NCBI GenBank assembly: GCA_964526345.1
Contig: CAZGKI010000009.1
Location: forward strand, 2,425-66,424
Source: an uncultured Rikenellaceae bacterium
GTDB lineage: Bacteria; Bacteroidota; Bacteroidia; Bacteroidales; VadinHA17
Length of the DNA stretch: 64,000 bases
Direction of reading: 5' to 3'
Under the pieces are notes generated by a model. The model was not told where the DNA came from, made no database searches, and was given only the letters and a program-made list of their open reading frames with translations. Positions 9,174 through 19,488 of this stretch are shown here, in pieces (position 1 is the first letter of the stretch; every line of letters begins with the position of its first letter). The position numbers and the translations under genes are program-made.

Positions 9174-10034
9174 TTATTTAGAATCGACATTATGGATAAC
9201 CCTCTGAGGAAACGGGATTTCTATTCCTTCCCTGTCAAATGCAATTTTAATACGTTTTCGCAGCTCTCCAGTTATCTCCCATTGTTTCAGTGGCCTGGTC
9301 TCTCCAAGAATCTTAATGATTACTGAAGAATCAGCAAAATCATTAACTCTCAGGAATTGAGGAGGTTTAATAATAAATTCTTTATATTGAGGATCTTCAG
9401 CCAGCTCATTGCCGGTTTTATTAACCACTTCAATAACATGTTCAAGGTTTGAACTGTAAGAAACTCCTAAATCCAGATTGACCCTCGCAAAATGTTTTGA
9501 AAGATTTGCAACTCTCTTTATGTCTCCATGAGGTATGTGGTGGACAGTTCCATCAAGATCTCTTAATGTGGTCATTCTCAGGCTTATATCTTCGACAGAG
9601 CCTCCGGTTCCATCAAAATTTACAACATCACCTATTCGGTACTGATTTTCCAGGATAATGAAAAACCCTGAGATCAGATCACGGATAAGATATTGCCCGC
9701 CAAAACCTACTGCCAGTCCAATAATCCCGGCACTGGCCAATATCGGCCCGGTAGGAATCCCAACTTCCTGCAGGATCATCAGACTTGCAATAATCAGAAT
9801 TAAAATATTGATAGTCCAGACAAAAATGCGGATCAAAGTATCTTCTCTCTTTTTCTCGGCTTCTTTCGAAAAGTTCTTATCCCCTACGACAGCAATCCTG
9901 ATTATTCTTTCAATAAGCTTTTTTGCAAGTTTATTTAAAACAAATGCACCTGCTGCAATAATTAAAATCTTAAGACCATGGGACTGAAGCCATGGAGTCA
10001 CTTTTCCGACGAAGTCAATAACATAATCTTTCAT
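9174..10034 (-). CDS. mscS: Small-conductance mechanosensitive channel MscS family
   Basis: GLAVGFGGQYLIRDLISG, YRIGDVV, TTLRDLDG, GIEIPFPQ. Confidence 0.92.
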   Translation of the reverse strand: MKDYVIDFVGKVTPWLQSHGLKILIIAAGAFVLNKLAKKLIERIIRIAVVGDKNFSKEAEKKREDTLIRIFVWTINILILIIASLMILQEVGIPTGPILASAGIIGLAVGFGGQYLIRDLISGFFIILENQYRIGDVVNFDGTGGSVEDISLRMTTLRDLDGTVHHIPHGDIKRVANLSKHFARVNLDLGVSYSSNLEHVIEVVNKTGNELAEDPQYKEFIIKPPQFLRVNDFADSSVIIKILGETRPLKQWEITGELRKRIKIAFDREGIEIPFPQRVIHNVDSK

Positions 10035-10308
10035 AATCAATTAATCCATATTTTAAAATTATAATAACTATTGGTTTCAAAAATTAAAATACTAAAAGTG
10101 AACGAGTGATTCCTCATTAAAGTCCGGAATGAAATGCACTTTTTGGTATAATGTGGAGTGTTAAATAAGCATTTTCATCCACCCAGACATTGAAAACCAG
10201 AATATCTCTTCTCTGTTTTAAAAGTTTATAATTGCAAATATCGGCATTATGCTTCATGCAATATTGTTTTGCTTAAATTTTTTTCCGAACTTTTAGGTTT
10301 ATCATAAA

Positions 10309-10875
10309 ATGGCATCAACATTTCAAATACCTGAACCTTTTCAATTTAATCCTCTTAAACATCATTTACAGTTTATAAGAGAATTTATATCACACAGGCT
10401 GGAAGTAAAAACCGGCACTGAAATCCAACATCTGGTCAAAGATCTTAAACGTACCGGAACATCTGTTATGGATGTGTACACAGGTAATTTAACAGCACCT
10501 AAGATCTGCGAAGAGATTGCGATATACCTTGAAATGAACCAATTGTTAAAAGCTGATGTTTTTTCTTCATGGACAGGCACAAATTTTAATGACTTCAGAT
10601 TGATGACTTTATCCGATTCATCACAATGGATTCTTAAGTATCACAAAGACTCTAAAAGATTTGTCCATATTTTCCCTGCGCGTACCAGTCCCAACTCCTT
10701 CAGGGTTAAAGCAAACACGTTGAAATCGGCAATACTATATTATATTTTAATAGGAAAGGACTATATATCAGGTGATGATCTGAATAAAGCCAGGAACCTG
10801 CTTGGATTATCTCCTGTCAAAGATCCGGATGAAGCAGAAGCTATAACTGAAATGATTGAAATATTGAGGCATTGA
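10309..10875 (+). CDS. Hypothetical protein
   Basis: 188-aa ORF with AT-rich leader (AAAATG); no family recognised. Confidence 0.75.
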   Translation: MASTFQIPEPFQFNPLKHHLQFIREFISHRLEVKTGTEIQHLVKDLKRTGTSVMDVYTGNLTAPKICEEIAIYLEMNQLLKADVFSSWTGTNFNDFRLMTLSDSSQWILKYHKDSKRFVHIFPARTSPNSFRVKANTLKSAILYYILIGKDYISGDDLNKARNLLGLSPVKDPDEAEAITEMIEILRH

Positions 10876-10926
10876 TCCCTGAAATAGATAAACATTTTAT
10901 ATTATCAGGCCAACATTATTATGATC

Positions 10927-10954
10927 GTGGGGGTGTTGCATGCAACGTCCCTAC
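10927..10954. repeat. 28-bp GTAG-type REP-like palindrome
   Basis: GTGGGGGTGTTGCA-TGCAACGTCCCTAC, 11 of 14 Watson-Crick pairs; the minus strand begins GTAG. Confidence 0.7.
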
Positions 10955-10961
10955 ATCGTCG

Positions 10962-11034
10962 TGATCCCGGAGAGACTCGAACTCTCAACCAACAGAACCG
11001 GAATCTGTCATTCTATCCATTGAACTACGGGACC
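10962..11034 (-). tRNA. tRNA-Arg (anticodon CCG), CCA not encoded
   Basis: Minus strand GGTCCCGTAGTTCAATGGATAGAATG-ACAGA-TTCCGGT-TCTGT...GAGTTCGAGTCTC-TCCGGGATCA; 73 nt cloverleaf. Confidence 0.96.
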
Positions 11035-11226
11035 AGTATTATTAATCAAGCGATGGTAAAATTATAACCATTGCGCCGGTTTTACAACTATTTGACCCTA
11101 TTTTAAAGCACCGTCGTCCTAATGAATTACTTATTTAGTGATAATTGCTAAAGTTTTTTTATTTTCGCAGACCAAATAAGGGACAATTTATATAATATTT
11201 CAAGGTCATATTTTACGCTAATATTA

Positions 11227-11303
11227 CTCCCATCCCGACCTTCCCCCACGGGGGAAGGAGTCCAAATGAAGCTTTCCCCCCTGGGGGAAACGGTAAAGGG
11301 GGT
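11227..11303. repeat. Double-hairpin REP-like element upstream of leuS
   Basis: CCTTCCCC-CACG-GGGGAAGG (11239-11258) and TTTCCCC-CCTG-GGGGAAA (11273-11290); GC-rich island in AT-rich spacer. Confidence 0.7.
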
Positions 11304-11415
11304 ATAAAATAAAAAGAATTACAATTGAATATAAACACCTTAGACAGTCTAATAAATAGTATAGCTTTTTAGCTAAATAAAACGACACTGTAATTATTAA
11401 TCCCCTTCACCCCAA

Positions 11416-14079
11416 ATGGATTACAACTTCACGACGATAGAAAAGAAATGGCAGAAATACTGGGAGGAAAATAAGACTTTCAAAACTCCGGATGATCTGA
11501 CAAATCCAAAAAAATGTTATGTGCTTGATATGTTCCCTTATCCTTCAGGAGCAGGTCTCCATGTTGGACACCCGGAAGGTTATACAGCTACCGATATTTA
11601 CAGCCGTTACAAAAGGATGAAGGGCTATAATGTCCTTCATCCAATGGGCTGGGATGCGTTTGGCCTGCCGGCTGAACAGTATGCAATTCAAACAGGGACC
11701 CACCCTTCTGTTACCACAAAAAACAACTGCGATACTTTCAGACGCCAGATCAGAGAACTGGGATTAAGCTATGACTGGGAACGGGAGATAAATACAACTG
11801 ACCCGAAATACTATAAATGGACTCAATGGATCTTTTTAAGGCTTTACAATACGTGGTTTGATGAGAACCTTCAAAAAGGGAGGCCCATTTCTGAATTGCC
11901 AGTACCTGAAGAGATTCGGAAGCTCGGGAAAAGTGAAACCACAAAATACATTAATTCAAAAAGACTTGCATATTACGATCATGCGCTGGTATGGTGGTGC
12001 CCCAGCTGCCGTATTGTCTGTGCAAACGAAGAGATTCTTTATGACGGTTCACATGAGAAGTGCGGTAACAGGGTTGAAAAAAAGAATCTTAAACAGTGGA
12101 TGCTTCGTATCCAGCTTTATGCCGAGAGATTGCTCAATGGAATCGATAAGCTGGACTGGCCTGAAGGGATCAAAGATATGCAGCGTAACTGGATCGGCCG
12201 TTCAACCGGTGCTGAAGTCGATTTCCCGGTTGACGGAATTAATGAAAAGCTAAGAGTATTTACCACCCGTCCGGATACTTTATTCGGTGCTACATATATG
12301 GTTATCGCTCCAGAACATCCGCTGACAGGGACCATCACTCTGCAGGATAAACAGAAAGAGGTCGAAGATTATATTAAAGCTGCTTCACTGAAATCAGACC
12401 TTGACCGAACAGACCTGGCCAAAGATAAAACGGGAGTTTTTACCGGCCGTTATGCTATAAATCCGGTTAACCTTAAGAAGATACCAATCTGGGTAGCTGA
12501 TTATGTTTTGACAGGCTATGGCACTGGTGCAATAATGGCAGTGCCGGCGCATGATACCCGTGATTTTGAATTTGCTCAGAAATTCAGGCTTCCAATTCTT
12601 TGTATACAGGATCCTGATGTTGATGATCCTGACCAGAAAAACAGGATCATTGCCGGGGAAGAATGCTGGACAGAAGACGGCAGGTATATCAATTCATCGA
12701 ACCCTGAAACAGGAATCGACATTAACGGACTGAACAAACAGGCAGGAATTGCAAAAATCACTTCCTGGCTTGAATCGAAAAACCTTGGTACGGAAAAAGT
12801 AAATTATAAGCTTCGCGACTGGCTTTTCAGCAGACAGAGATACTGGGGAGAACCTTTTCCGGTAATACACTGGGAAGATGGGGAAATAGCTTTGCTGGGT
12901 GAAGATGAACTCCCGCTGGAACTGCCTGAACTTGAAAAATATCTTCCCGGAGATACAGGAGAGTCACCCCTTTCAAATGCAACAAAATGGATCAACGTAA
13001 CTGATAAGTCGGGAAGAAAAGGAAGACGTGAGACGAATACCATGCCACAGTGGGCAGGTTCATGCTGGTATTACCTGCGATTTATCGACCCCGGGAACGA
13101 AAAACAGATTTTTGAGCCGGCAAAAGAAAAATACTGGATGCCGGTCGATCTATATATAGGAGGTGCAGAACATGCAGTGCTTCACCTGCTCTATAGCCGC
13201 TTCTGGCATAAAGTGCTTTTTGACCTGGGTGTTGTATCAACAGATGAGCCTTATCAGAGATTATTCAACCAGGGGATGATCCTCGCTTTTACCTACGAAA
13301 CAGAAAAGGGGGGTAAAATATCGAGTGACCAGGTTGAGGAAAAAGAGGGCAGATTTTTTATTAAAAACACAGGAGAAGAACTTCGCCAGATCGTGGCAAA
13401 AATGTCGAAAACATTAAAAAATGTTGTAAATCCTGATGATGTGACAGCGAAATACGGTGCTGATTCACTTAGACTTTATGAAATGTTCATGGGTCCGCTT
13501 GATGTAACAAAGCCATGGGATGACAAAGGGGTTAAGGGTGTTTTTAACTTTCTTTCAAGGACTTACAGGTTTTTTGCCAACCCTGAAAATATTATTGCGG
13601 GAGAAGATGAGACTGAAATTCTTAAAGGCCTGCATCAGGCAATTAAAAAAGTTGAAAACGACATAGAAAATCTGCGGTTCAATACAGCAATCTCGGCAAT
13701 GATGATCTTCCTGAATCTTGCTACAAGGAAAGGGCGGGTAACAAAGGAGAGCGCTGCTGTTTTTACCAGAATATTATCGCCTTTTGCTCCCCATCTTGCT
13801 GAGGAATTATGGCAATTGCTGGGAAATAACGTGAGCCTGGCTTACGAACCGTGGCCGGAAGTAAATGAAGAATTCCTTAAAGAAGATACTTTTGAATATC
13901 CTGTTTCATTTAACGGGAAGCTCCGCTTTAAGATAGAATTGCCTGTCAGTATGGAGAAAGATGAGATAATAAAGATCGTTCTGGCTGATGAAAGAGCAAA
14001 GAAATGGCTTGCTGCCGGGACACCTGGAAATATTATAGTAGTACCAAACCGTATAGTAAATGTTGTGGTTAAATCATGA
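11416..14079 (+). CDS. leuS: Leucine--tRNA ligase
   Basis: MFPYPSG..LHVGH (HIGH-like), FTTRPDTL editing domain, [18 protein letters not shown] (KMSKS-like), [12 protein letters not shown]. Confidence 0.98.
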   Translation: MDYNFTTIEKKWQKYWEENKTFKTPDDLTNPKKCYVLDMFPYPSGAGLHVGHPEGYTATDIYSRYKRMKGYNVLHPMGWDAFGLPAEQYAIQTGTHPSVTTKNNCDTFRRQIRELGLSYDWEREINTTDPKYYKWTQWIFLRLYNTWFDENLQKGRPISELPVPEEIRKLGKSETTKYINSKRLAYYDHALVWWCPSCRIVCANEEILYDGSHEKCGNRVEKKNLKQWMLRIQLYAERLLNGIDKLDWPEGIKDMQRNWIGRSTGAEVDFPVDGINEKLRVFTTRPDTLFGATYMVIAPEHPLTGTITLQDKQKEVEDYIKAASLKSDLDRTDLAKDKTGVFTGRYAINPVNLKKIPIWVADYVLTGYGTGAIMAVPAHDTRDFEFAQKFRLPILCIQDPDVDDPDQKNRIIAGEECWTEDGRYINSSNPETGIDINGLNKQAGIAKITSWLESKNLGTEKVNYKLRDWLFSRQRYWGEPFPVIHWEDGEIALLGEDELPLELPELEKYLPGDTGESPLSNATKWINVTDKSGRKGRRETNTMPQWAGSCWYYLRFIDPGNEKQIFEPAKEKYWMPVDLYIGGAEHAVLHLLYSRFWHKVLFDLGVVSTDEPYQRLFNQGMILAFTYETEKGGKISSDQVEEKEGRFFIKNTGEELRQIVAKMSKTLKNVVNPDDVTAKYGADSLRLYEMFMGPLDVTKPWDDKGVKGVFNFLSRTYRFFANPENIIAGEDETEILKGLHQAIKKVENDIENLRFNTAISAMMIFLNLATRKGRVTKESAAVFTRILSPFAPHLAEELWQLLGNNVSLAYEPWPEVNEEFLKEDTFEYPVSFNGKLRFKIELPVSMEKDEIIKIVLADERAKKWLAAGTPGNIIVVPNRIVNVVVKS

Positions 14080-14080
14080 A

Positions 14081-15331
14081 ATGCCTGATATTATGATTTC
14101 AAGAATAAAGTTCTTAATTCTGATACTAATAATTCTTCTTGCGGGTTCCTGCAAATACCTTCAGAAGCAAAAGCCAATTTTATCCGAAATACCAACGGAT
14201 ACGTTGCATGAAGAGGTCATAAAGTCACCCGTTATGACTTTCGGAATTCCAGCTGATTCATTCAGTCTTATATCCGGGCACATCAAACCCAACGGTTTCC
14301 TTTCACAGATACTGCTTAAGCATGGCATCACTATGCAGGAGATAGATCAGGTTGTAAAAAATTCAGCCTCGGTTTTTGATGTAAGAAAAATACGATCAGG
14401 CAGCAATTATACTTTGTTTTGCGATACTGATTCAATAGCCAGAGCAAGGTATCTCGTTTATGAGCATGACCCTACGACCTGCTATATCTTCAGCTTCAAA
14501 GATTCGCTTAACATCACACCGTTCAAAAAAGAAATAAAAAGAGTTATCAGATACTCTTCCGGGACCATTGAGACCTCTCTTTGGGAATCGATGATGGCAG
14601 ATAGCCTGCATCCGACCCTGGCTGTGGCATTGTCGGATATTTTTGCATGGACAGTCGATTTTTTCGGGTTGCAGAAAGGCGATAGCTTCAAGGTTATCTG
14701 GGAAGATCAGTTCATTGATGACAAATCGCTTGGAGCCGGAAGGATTTATGGTGCTCAGTTTACATGGGAAGGCAGGACCTTCACGGCCATACCTTTTATT
14801 CAGGATGGCAATGAATCATTTTTTGATACGGAAGGTAATAGTCTCCGAAAAGCTTTTCTTAAAGCTCCTCTGCAGTTCTCAAGGATTACTTCCAGATTTT
14901 CATCCAGCAGGATGCATCCGATCCTCAGGATACGCAGGCCACATTACGGGGTCGATTATGCGGCTCCCATCGGTACTCCTGTTCATGCGATTGGTGATGG
15001 CAAGGTTGTTCTTACCGCAACTGAAAACGGATCAGGAAAAATCGTAAAAATTGTTCATAATAGTGTATATTCTACTGCATACATGCATCTTAGCCGCTTC
15101 GGCGACGGCATTGCCCCTGGTGCTTTTGTCAGGCAGGGCGATATTATCGGATATGTCGGAAGCAGTGGTCTGTCAACCGGACCACACCTCGACTTCAGGT
15201 TTTATCAGAACGGATCACCGGTTGATCCCCTGAAAGTTGAAGCACCTCCGGTTGAACCGGTCGCTGAAGAAAACAGGGAACGCTTTGAGAAGAATAAAAT
15301 GGTGGTTTTAAGTCTTCTTACCACCTTTTAG
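14081..15331 (+). CDS. M23 family peptidoglycan endopeptidase (MepM/Csd3-like), lipoprotein-like N-terminus
   Basis: HYGVDYAAP (HxxxD), YMHL, STGPHLD; LAGSC lipobox-like; start 14081 or 14093. Confidence 0.88.
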   Translation: MPDIMISRIKFLILILIILLAGSCKYLQKQKPILSEIPTDTLHEEVIKSPVMTFGIPADSFSLISGHIKPNGFLSQILLKHGITMQEIDQVVKNSASVFDVRKIRSGSNYTLFCDTDSIARARYLVYEHDPTTCYIFSFKDSLNITPFKKEIKRVIRYSSGTIETSLWESMMADSLHPTLAVALSDIFAWTVDFFGLQKGDSFKVIWEDQFIDDKSLGAGRIYGAQFTWEGRTFTAIPFIQDGNESFFDTEGNSLRKAFLKAPLQFSRITSRFSSSRMHPILRIRRPHYGVDYAAPIGTPVHAIGDGKVVLTATENGSGKIVKIVHNSVYSTAYMHLSRFGDGIAPGAFVRQGDIIGYVGSSGLSTGPHLDFRFYQNGSPVDPLKVEAPPVEPVAEENRERFEKNKMVVLSLLTTF

Positions 15332-15908
15332 TATTATCTGGCAGTTTGATGATCAGTTCTTCAATAATTTTAGGATAATATTCGTATTCAAGAGCGTGAA
15401 CCCTTGATGCCAGAGTATCAGGAGTATCACCGGGTTCAACCCGGCACCTGGCCTGAAAAACTATATTACCTTTATCATAAGACTGATTTACATAATGTAT
15501 CGTAATACCAGATTCCGAATCATGATTAGCAAGAACAGCACTGTGTACTTTTTCTCCGTACATTCCTTTTCCACCATAGGCAGGAAGTAAAGCCGGGTGG
15601 ATATTTACAATCTTTCCTTCATAACTTTCAAGAATATTTTCCGGGATCAGCCATAAAAATCCTGCCAAAACAATAAAATCAATTTTGTTTAATAAAAGGT
15701 AATCTCTTACCTTAGCTGAAACATAAAAATCATCGCGTTCGAAAAAAATCTGTTTTACATTTAGCGTCTCAGCCCTTTTTAATACGTAGGCATCGCGCTT
15801 GTTCGACAAAACCAGAGTTACTTTTGCGCTGTTTTTGTTCGAAAAGTATTTAATAATGTTTTCAGTATTTGTACCCGAACCCGAAGCAAAAATTGCTATA
15901 TTCCTCAT
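15318..15908 (-). CDS. purN: Phosphoribosylglycinamide formyltransferase
   Basis: IFASGSGTN, LAGFL, NIHPALLP, SGITIHYV, YDKG. Confidence 0.96.
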   Translation of the reverse strand: MRNIAIFASGSGTNTENIIKYFSNKNSAKVTLVLSNKRDAYVLKRAETLNVKQIFFERDDFYVSAKVRDYLLLNKIDFIVLAGFLWLIPENILESYEGKIVNIHPALLPAYGGKGMYGEKVHSAVLANHDSESGITIHYVNQSYDKGNIVFQARCRVEPGDTPDTLASRVHALEYEYYPKIIEELIIKLPDNTKRW

Positions 15909-16091
15909 TTTATGATATTTAACATTAGCAGCTCATAGATGAACTTAAAGCACATATTGAGCATTATAAGGCTAATATTCAACGTTTTAAGCTATGACAT
16001 CAATAAAAAAACATCAAATCATTTGAAAAATAAAGTACAAATATATTTCTTTGCAAGGGTTTAATTTTATTATTAATTAAAATTTATCATT

Positions 16092-16328
16092 ATGTCTGAC
16101 ATTGCCACAAGAGTAAAAGAGATTATTGTAGACAAACTAGGAGTTGACGAATCAGAAGTTACTCCGGAAGCCAGTTTCACGAATGATCTGGGTGCAGACT
16201 CTCTTGACACTGTTGAGTTAATTATGGAATTTGAAAAAGAATTCAACATCGGAATTCCTGACGATCAGGCAGAGACTATAAGCACAGTCGGTGATGCCAT
16301 CAAGTACATCGAGGAAAATGCAAAATAA
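16092..16328 (+). CDS. acpP: Acyl carrier protein
   Basis: [14 protein letters not shown] phosphopantetheine motif. Confidence 0.97.
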   Translation: MSDIATRVKEIIVDKLGVDESEVTPEASFTNDLGADSLDTVELIMEFEKEFNIGIPDDQAETISTVGDAIKYIEENAK

Positions 16329-16351
16329 TTTGCATTTTTAAAAATCCGTTT

Positions 16352-17599
16352 ATGAGAAGAGTTGTAGTTACCGGCCTTGGAGCCTTGACTCCTATTGGCA
16401 ATAATTTGCATGATTTCTGGGAAGGACTAAAGAACGGCATCAGCGGGTCAGAAATGATTACGCACTTTAATGCTGAAAAGTTCAAAACCAGGTTTGCATG
16501 CGAAGTAAAAGGATATGACTCTGCTAATTATTTTGACAGGAAAGAGGCTAATAAACTTGATCTGTACACCCAATTTGCCCAGGTGGCTGCTGAAGAGGCA
16601 ATTAAAGATTCAGGTCTGGACCTGGAAAAGGTCAACAAGGACAGGGTCGGTGTTATCTGGGCTTCAGGTATAGGTGGTCTGGAGACTTTTTTTCTTTCGA
16701 TTAAACAATATGTACTTGGTGACGGAACTCCAAGATTCAGTCCATTTTTCATTCCTAAAATGATCGGTGATATTGCAGCCGGAACTATTTCAATTAAGTA
16801 TGGTTTCAGAGGACCAAATTTTGCAACGGTTTCAGCATGTGCATCATCAACGAATGCCATTATTGATGCTATAAACTACATTCGCTGGGGAAAAGCAGAT
16901 ATCTTTTTAACAGGAGGTTCCGAAGCAGCTGTCAATGAACCCGGAATAGGCGGATTTAATTCCATGCAGGCTATTTCGACCAACAATGAAGAATATCGTA
17001 CTGCATCGAGACCTTTTGATAAAACACGCGACGGTTTTGTTCTTGGCGAAGGAGCAGGAGCTTTAGTTGTTGAGGAATACGAGCATGCAAAAGCCAGGGG
17101 AGCAAAAATTTACGCTGAATTCGTTGGCACAGGAATGACTGCCGACGCGTATCATGTTACGGCACCTCACCCAGAAGGTCTTGGTGCAAGAAATGTCATG
17201 AAACTTGCTATCTCGGAAGCAGGCCTGAAACCGGAAGATGTTGATTACATAAATGTACATGGTACAGCGACCCCTCTGGGAGATATTTCTGAAGCAAAGG
17301 CTATTGTTGATGTTTTCGGGGAACATGCATATAAGCTGAATATCAGCTCTACCAAATCCATGACAGGACATCTTCTCGGAGCTGCCGGAGCAGTTGAAGC
17401 TATCGCTTCTATCATGGCAGTTGTCCATGATATCGCCCCTCCTACCATAAATTTTAAAGTGCCTGATCCGGAAATTGATCCGAATCTTAACCTGACCATT
17501 AACAAGGCGCAAAAAAGAAAGATCAGTTTCGCTATAAGTAATACATTCGGATTCGGTGGTCATAACGCTTCTGTCGTAATAAAAAAAGCAGAGCTTTAG
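16352..17599 (+). CDS. fabF: 3-oxoacyl-ACP synthase II
   Basis: VVVTGLG, SACASS, HGTATP, KSMTGHLLGAAG, SNTFGFGG. Confidence 0.96.
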   Translation: MRRVVVTGLGALTPIGNNLHDFWEGLKNGISGSEMITHFNAEKFKTRFACEVKGYDSANYFDRKEANKLDLYTQFAQVAAEEAIKDSGLDLEKVNKDRVGVIWASGIGGLETFFLSIKQYVLGDGTPRFSPFFIPKMIGDIAAGTISIKYGFRGPNFATVSACASSTNAIIDAINYIRWGKADIFLTGGSEAAVNEPGIGGFNSMQAISTNNEEYRTASRPFDKTRDGFVLGEGAGALVVEEYEHAKARGAKIYAEFVGTGMTADAYHVTAPHPEGLGARNVMKLAISEAGLKPEDVDYINVHGTATPLGDISEAKAIVDVFGEHAYKLNISSTKSMTGHLLGAAGAVEAIASIMAVVHDIAPPTINFKVPDPEIDPNLNLTINKAQKRKISFAISNTFGFGGHNASVVIKKAEL

Positions 17600-18345
17600 T
17601 GTCGTTATTCACAAACAAACTTAATGGTACATATATTCTTGACAAACGGGATTTTCGTTCCCGTCTTGGAAAGATATTAGGATTCAGGCCGGGAAACCTG
17701 CGGCTTTATGAAATAGCGTTTATTCATCGCTCAGCATCTTATACACTTCCCGATGGAAAGAGAATAAATAATGAGAGACTTGAGTACCTGGGAGATGCTG
17801 TTCTGGATGCAATACTTTCCGATTTTCTTTTCGAAAAGTTCCCTGATGCCAGTGAAGGATTTATGACAAAAATCCGATCAAGAATAGTAAACAGGGATGT
17901 GTTAAATCAACTCGCTATTTCTATGGGGCTCAATAAGATACTTGTAAGTAATGTAACATCCCTGAATAACACCAAAAATCTCTTTGGAGATGCCTTTGAA
18001 GCCTTGATCGGATCAGTATTTCTTGATAAAGGATTTAAAAAAACCAAAAAGCTTTTTATTAAAAAAGTACTAAACAAATATCTTGATATAAACAAAATTA
18101 TCTCCACAGATACTGATTATAAGAGTCTTGTATTTGAATGGGTACAGAAAAACAAAGCCAACCTTATTTTCACCTATAATGAAGAATATGACTTCGACAC
18201 AAGAAAATCTATTTTCTCAACGTCACTTTTAATCAACCGGGAGGAATTTGGAAGAGGACAAGGTACCTCTAAAAAGGAGGCTGAGCAGGAAGCATCCAAC
18301 CTGGCCTGGCAAAGAATAAAAGATATTTCAGCAGATAATGCATAG
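17599..18345 (+). CDS. rnc: Ribonuclease III
   Basis: NERLEYLGDAVL signature, DAFEALIG, dsRBD GQGTSKKEAEQ; GTG overlaps the fabF stop. Confidence 0.95.
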   Translation: MSLFTNKLNGTYILDKRDFRSRLGKILGFRPGNLRLYEIAFIHRSASYTLPDGKRINNERLEYLGDAVLDAILSDFLFEKFPDASEGFMTKIRSRIVNRDVLNQLAISMGLNKILVSNVTSLNNTKNLFGDAFEALIGSVFLDKGFKKTKKLFIKKVLNKYLDINKIISTDTDYKSLVFEWVQKNKANLIFTYNEEYDFDTRKSIFSTSLLINREEFGRGQGTSKKEAEQEASNLAWQRIKDISADNA

Positions 18346-18390
18346 TATCTTTTAATTTTTCCTACCTTTATAAGTTAAGGTATAGGGAAT

Positions 18391-18831
18391 ATGAGAACCA
18401 CCCCAAAAATAAAGCGGGTACAGCTAAAAGTAAATCCTAATAAAGAACCTGTTCTGATTGGAATAGTCTCATCAGAACCAGATTATAAACTATCTCTGGC
18501 CCTGAACAGAAAACTTAAAATCGCCCTGAGACTTTCCACACCTCTTGTAACACCTGATAATTCTTCCAGAGAGTTTACATTCAGCAGGTTTTCAGATTCT
18601 TCATCAACGTCCGGGATTATTTATGATCTTATTGCTAATCGTTCAGGAAAAACATATCTGTTTAAAAAATTAAAAAACGTCGATTATATTTTCCAGGTAC
18701 ATAATCATGATAACGAAGACATTACAGATTTCTATATAACTATGCTACGCGACACTGAATATATAACAGCTGTCTTTAATTTAGATTCCAGGTTATTAAA
18801 GGATAAAAATTTACAATTTGTAACTCATTAA
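18391..18831 (+). CDS. IPExxxVDY-family-like protein (Bacteroidota, unknown function)
   Basis: LIGIVSSEPDYKLSLALN and KKLKNVDY resemble this family; position after rnc. Confidence 0.6.
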   Translation: MRTTPKIKRVQLKVNPNKEPVLIGIVSSEPDYKLSLALNRKLKIALRLSTPLVTPDNSSREFTFSRFSDSSSTSGIIYDLIANRSGKTYLFKKLKNVDYIFQVHNHDNEDITDFYITMLRDTEYITAVFNLDSRLLKDKNLQFVTH

Positions 18832-18834
18832 AAT

Positions 18835-19332
18835 ATGGAAAACCTGTATTATAATTTATCAGAAGAGGAGTTTACAAAAGGGAGAAAGATATTATTATGG
18901 ATTTTTGTTGTTGCATTCTTCCTGGGTGGTGTATACGTGGCCATGTTAAGTCCTGTTTTCGGAGTACATCATATTAAGCCGACACTTTCACTTGCGCCCT
19001 TCGGCATAAGTTTTATTGTTGGCATTATTGCACTTTTTGCCACTATAAAGAGGAAGGATCTCTTCTTTTCAATCGATAATGACAAGATTGAATTCAGGTA
19101 TGGATTATTCAGACCAAAAAAACATTCAATCTCCTGGACTGATATAAAAGAAGTCGTTATGCCGCATAAAGAAAGAAAGGCAAAGCTGGTATTTAATAGC
19201 GGGACCTCTTTTACCATCGACCTTACCTGGCTTCAAAGAAAGAAGTCAAGTATTATCCGTAAACATCTGTACTATGCCTCAAGAGAAAAAAACCTGCCTA
19301 TAATTAAGGTGAAACTGTTGCCAAAAAAATAA
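18835..19332 (+). CDS. Hypothetical membrane protein (2 TM + soluble C-terminal domain)
   Basis: Hydrophobic stretches ILLWIFVVAFFLGGVYVAM and FGISFIVGIIALFA. Confidence 0.7.
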   Translation: MENLYYNLSEEEFTKGRKILLWIFVVAFFLGGVYVAMLSPVFGVHHIKPTLSLAPFGISFIVGIIALFATIKRKDLFFSIDNDKIEFRYGLFRPKKHSISWTDIKEVVMPHKERKAKLVFNSGTSFTIDLTWLQRKKSSIIRKHLYYASREKNLPIIKVKLLPKK

Positions 19333-19394
19333 TGACCTGTTAAAGATCAGGACAGGTATTTTCGAACCGCAATAATCAGTATAAATACATAATT

Positions 19395-19478
19395 AAAAGA
19401 GGAGAGCCGCCCCTGGAATCGGGACGGCTCATTTTTTGATAACCCTAAAACTAACCTAACCTATGAAAAAAACCTCTA
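19395..19478 (-). ncRNA. Putative sigma54-dependent small RNA (~85 nt)
   Basis: Sigma54-like promoter at 19489-19504, no ORF, unstructured 5' part AGAGGUUUUUUUCAUAGGUUAGGUUAGUUUUAGGG, then a terminator hairpin that pairs fully (one U-G) only on this strand. Confidence 0.6.
19404..19430. terminator. Bidirectional-looking intrinsic terminator
   Basis: Minus strand GAGCCGTCCC-GATTCCA-GGGGCGGCTC then TCCTCTTTT; plus strand followed by ATTTTTT. Confidence 0.75.
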
Positions 19479-19488
19479 TATCTTGTTA

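Noticed and set aside
10117-10257. 46-codon minus-strand ORF MKHNADIC...HSGL upstream of mscS
   Set aside because: No recognisable motif or supporting signal; compatible with chance in AT-rich DNA.
3012-10969. GGGATCAC shared by the repeat units and the tRNA-Arg 3' end as a possible att site
   Set aside because: Only 8 bp, in inverted orientation, chance-level; no integrase.
11035-11415. T-box or amino-acid attenuator for leuS
   Set aside because: No T-box consensus or Leu-rich leader peptide seen.
15318-15331. 14-nt convergent overlap of the M23 peptidase and purN
   Set aside because: Short tail-to-tail overlaps are common and need no special explanation.
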